Assembly (NCBI GenBank): GCA_043228905.1
Contig: JBHGNT010000020.1
Location: 9,610,001 to 9,674,000, forward strand
Length of the DNA stretch: 64,000 nucleotides
Reading direction: 5' to 3'
Source of the DNA: Azolla caroliniana
Lineage: Eukaryota > Plantae > Polypodiophyta
Below, one piece after another: positions 60,757-64,000 of this stretch. Each line of letters starts with the position of its first letter. Position 1 is the first letter of the stretch. Both the position numbers and the translations under genes were made by a program. The notes beneath the pieces are model-generated. The model saw nothing but the letters and a program-made list of their open reading frames with translations. It did not search any database and was not told where the DNA came from.

Positions 60757-63605
60757 GTGCGTCCATCAGAAATTCTCCCCTTCTCTATCTGCATGGTCTG
60801 TATTCTGCATTTTTCTCGGTATAATATGGTATAGAGATGATTTATACGAATACATGTACTCTTTCCCTGCAACTTTCCTTCTTTCTATCTCTGTTTCTTC
60901 ATGTTTTGTTCTCTCAAATTTCTCTTATCTGTTCTCGTATTTTCGACGACGCATACGAGTACATGTTTGTTTCTCTTAGAGGTTCTATTGTTTTCTGCCG
61001 CTTTTCTTTGTGAAATCTAGTTATGTTCTCTCTATATGTTCGTTTTCTGCATTTCTCTGGCTATCCATTGTGGTTTTCTTTGTGGATTCTTGTTGTCTTC
61101 CTGTTCTCTACAATCACAGACGCTTTTCTCTTTAGTTTTCTTATCACATACACACACGTGCTTGATGTCTCTCGGTGTTGTGTCATGACTCATGGCTACA
61201 CGTTTTCCGTTCATCTTTGGCTATGTTGACCATACACATGATTAAAGAAAGGCACATCTGCACTCCTCTGTCGAGATCAGGTTTATGTGTTCTGATAGTC
61301 TACCGGTATTTTATTAAGGTACTTTTCTCTGTGTTTTTATGTCCTGTTTGCTTTCTGCATCGTATATTTTCTGTGTCTTGGTAGGGGTATTGTATTTAAA
61401 ATTTTTATACAGTCGAATAAAAGTGTAGTTTTTCCATATTATACGAATGCTATCTGAATATGAATTTTTTTGTGCCGTTTCTATCTGCATGATTGTCATC
61501 CTACATGTCAGCTTTCTTGTATGTAACTACTATATTTTGGAGCTTATACTATGGTAAAATTAGTGCTAGTTTGTAAAGATTTTGAAATACCTTATATGTT
61601 CCTAGCCATTCTATGAGAAACTGGTGCTCTTTTGTCTGAAAAGGATTTGGCATTTTTAAGTAACATTTCCGGAACCCCACATATGGTAGATCATTCCCTT
61701 GATAGTAGGTTTCCCTTCTTCAAAGTTAAGTTTTGAGAGAAGAGAAGATTCCCTTAGTCATTCTCTCAGTTTTCTGTCGTATTGAAAAGATTAAACTTAG
61801 TAATGACAGTTTTCTCACTTATCTAATTCAGGATTTCTTATTCCAGTTGATTTTAGCTACTCTTCTGCGTGTCAAATACTAAACGATGCTAGATTTCTTT
61901 GATTTTATATAGGATCTCTTATGCCATTCCATCAGAAACAAGTGCATTTTATCTGCACAATCTTAGTCTATGGATTTGGTGATTTAGTATGGGTGAATCC
62001 TATCTTTTTCCTTCTATAAAATTTTCTTGGTTGTGAGGTATTTGTTTACATTGCTTGGATCTGAGCATTGTTTCAATCTCGTCAAACGATGTTGCTTTTG
62101 TGTAATTGAGGTATTGTTTCTATCTTACGAATTTCACTAAATACATCCTCAATTGTCTCAAAGTAATTGTGGATTCGTCCCTGTAATATTGTCATATTTC
62201 CAAGGATCTTCATTATTTATCACTAGATATTTGCCATTTCTCTTCTTTTGAACCAATGATATGTTTTCGTTGTACTTGTTGATTGAAACAAGAAACATTA
62301 TAATATTGCTGCATGTGTATCTGAAACCCGTCTCTATTCTAATTTGCGTTCAGTTATTTTCCTATTTGATGTTTTTACAGGCATGTTGTGCTGACTCCGG
62401 AAATTACCAAGCTGCTTCCTAAGAATCGACTTCTCTCAGAGGTTTGTTGGCTTGATTCTAATAAACGTGTAACAAATGATTTTAAATATGGTAAATTTGT
62501 ATATCTTTTAGGTTATATAAACCTTCTTTGAATGTCCTAGACTTTCTCTGAATTGTTTCTAACGTTTGATATGCATGGTAAATTTGTAAATATTGTATCC
62601 CAGCTTTGTTATTAACGTCTTTCTATGAGTTAATGCTGGTTTACTTTTGATAGGTATAGAAAATGTGGATAACTTTACTAAGCTGGGTTTCTGATTTTCC
62701 AAATATGCTTCTTAATGCTTGTTGATTTGTGTACCAAAATCATCTTCTTTGTTTAGGTTTCCTTGTTCTAAACATCTTTTTTCTGTGCTTCTCATGCAAA
62801 GAAAGAATATTTATTATTTCTGATAAGCATTATGTATTTGTAGATTTTTTATAGCATATTCTTTTAATAAACTTCTTTCAAGTATTTGAACAAATGTTGG
62901 TGTTGTTTCTGATAAACATGGAAAATTCTGTTGATATTGAATGTTAGGTTTCTGTGATGGAAACATATTTTGTAAGTGTCTTTCTTGACTTCATTTGTTG
63001 ATGCGTAAAGAATGAACATTGGCATGATCCAGAAGCATGCTAACTCTGTCAATAGCTTAGGCGTGATTTAAATAGCAGTCTTTATTGCATGCCATTTTAT
63101 TTGCTAGTCTATATTTTCTGCAATTGCAGATTACTTCAAATTTATGTAAATAACACCGGATATGGTATTGACAAAAATAGCAATTCTTGTGATTTCCTAG
63201 TCTCAATTTTCTTGTTTTCAAATCTCTATGCACTGCTCTTTATAAGTGTCATCAATTTGTAGATTTCTAAGCTTTCCCATAAATGTCTTTCATAACTGCT
63301 TCTGATGTATGTAAATGTCTTGTAATTTGGGTCTGGAGTTTATTAACATAGCATTTTTGTAGAACTTTTTGTCTCAACATCTTTGTATTAAATTGCCTTT
63401 CTTGACTTCTGGTCATATAAAGAATGAATGGCGGGCCCTTGGAGTTCAGCAATCTAGGGGTTGGGTACACTATGCTATCCACAAACCAGAACCTCATATT
63501 ATGCTCTTCAGGCGCCCTTTGAATTACCAGCAAAATCAACAAGCTATTGCAAACACTGCTCAACCTCAATCACAACCTTCTCAACAAGTGGGAATGAAAG
63601 CATGA
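60704..63605 (+). CDS. CKS1: Cyclin-dependent kinases regulatory subunit CKS1/Suc1, 98 aa, join(60704..60756,62381..62441,63423..63605)
   Basis: [18 protein letters not shown]|[20 protein letters not shown]|[32 protein letters not shown] + Q-rich tail; GT-AG introns keep the frame. Confidence 0.96.
62381..62441 (+). CDS. CKS1: CKS1 coding exon 2
   Basis: Acceptor TTTTTACAG|G; donor GAG|GTTTGT. Confidence 0.93.
63423..63605 (+). CDS. CKS1: CKS1 coding exon 3
   Basis: Acceptor AAG|AAT; TGA stop at 63603-63605. Confidence 0.92.
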   Translation, partial: NEWRALGVQQSRGWVHYAIHKPEPHIMLFRRPLNYQQNQQAIANTAQPQSQPSQQVGMKA

Positions 63606-63616
63606 TTGTGTCTAAG

Positions 63617-63714
63617 GTAAGTAAACCTTTTAGTCTGTATCAACATAAACAGAGCAAATAAGTTTCATTATTTCTTTCATTTGTTTGTCTAATATGACAC
63701 ATTTCATTTTGCAG
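63617..63714 (+). other. Probable 3'-UTR intron of CKS1
   Basis: AAG|GTAAGT ... TTTTGCAG|; 98 nt, starting 11 nt after the stop codon. Confidence 0.7.
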
Positions 63715-64000
63715 ATATTTTACTGTGTTCAAATGAAGTCAACGTAAACATTGGATGTAGATGTCTTGTCTGCAATTGGCATGCTGAATCTGGTGCCTCA
63801 CCTAAAGCTCAGTTGAATGATGTATGTGCTAACCGAAAAAGAACCCCACTAGCAAAGGAAATGGAATTGCAATTTTCCTTCTTTTGGTCATAACTCTAGC
63901 TAGCTATGTATGTCAGGCTGTGATCGTGTTTATGAACTCTACATATATGTTTAGTTCCATATTTTGGCAATCACTAAATCTATAAGGTTATATATGTTAT

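Noticed and set aside
60515-60979. 154-aa ORF containing CKS exon 1
   Set aside because: Reads through the 5' UTR and intron 1; only 60704-60756 matches CKS.

Overview
Eukaryotic land-plant nuclear DNA. The TE families, intron sizes and gene style suggest a non-seed plant (inference only). 1-34 kb is a dense nested-transposon cluster. Its scaffold is one minus-strand L1-clade LINE (ORF1 DUF4283-like/CCHC, ORF2 APE endonuclease-RT) whose ORF2 was split by five separate LTR-element insertions: a truncated Ty3/gypsy (3146-4065), a full-length gypsy with a long extra ORF (4436-13739), a 5'-deleted Ty1/copia (14343-18007), a tRNA-Trp-primed gypsy (18245-24741) and a copia-type solo LTR (25014-25720). 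Beyond it lie another solo LTR, a pogo/Tigger-type DD30D transposase and a MULE-type transposase relic. 34-51 kb is AT-rich intergenic DNA with a short 5'-truncated LINE copy. Two host genes follow: an intronless clade-A AHL (AT-hook + PPC) gene with extreme homopeptide tracts (51458-52957) and a 3-exon CKS1/Suc1 gene (60704-63605) with an E2F site and telo-boxes upstream. Most notable signal: the 4436-13739 gypsy has no polypurine tract next to its 3' LTR. That position holds a tRNA-3'-half-like hairpin ending in an encoded CCA that is complementary to the element's own PBS. Second: two different TGTC...GACA LTRs carry antisense tRNA-like A/B-box modules in U3.
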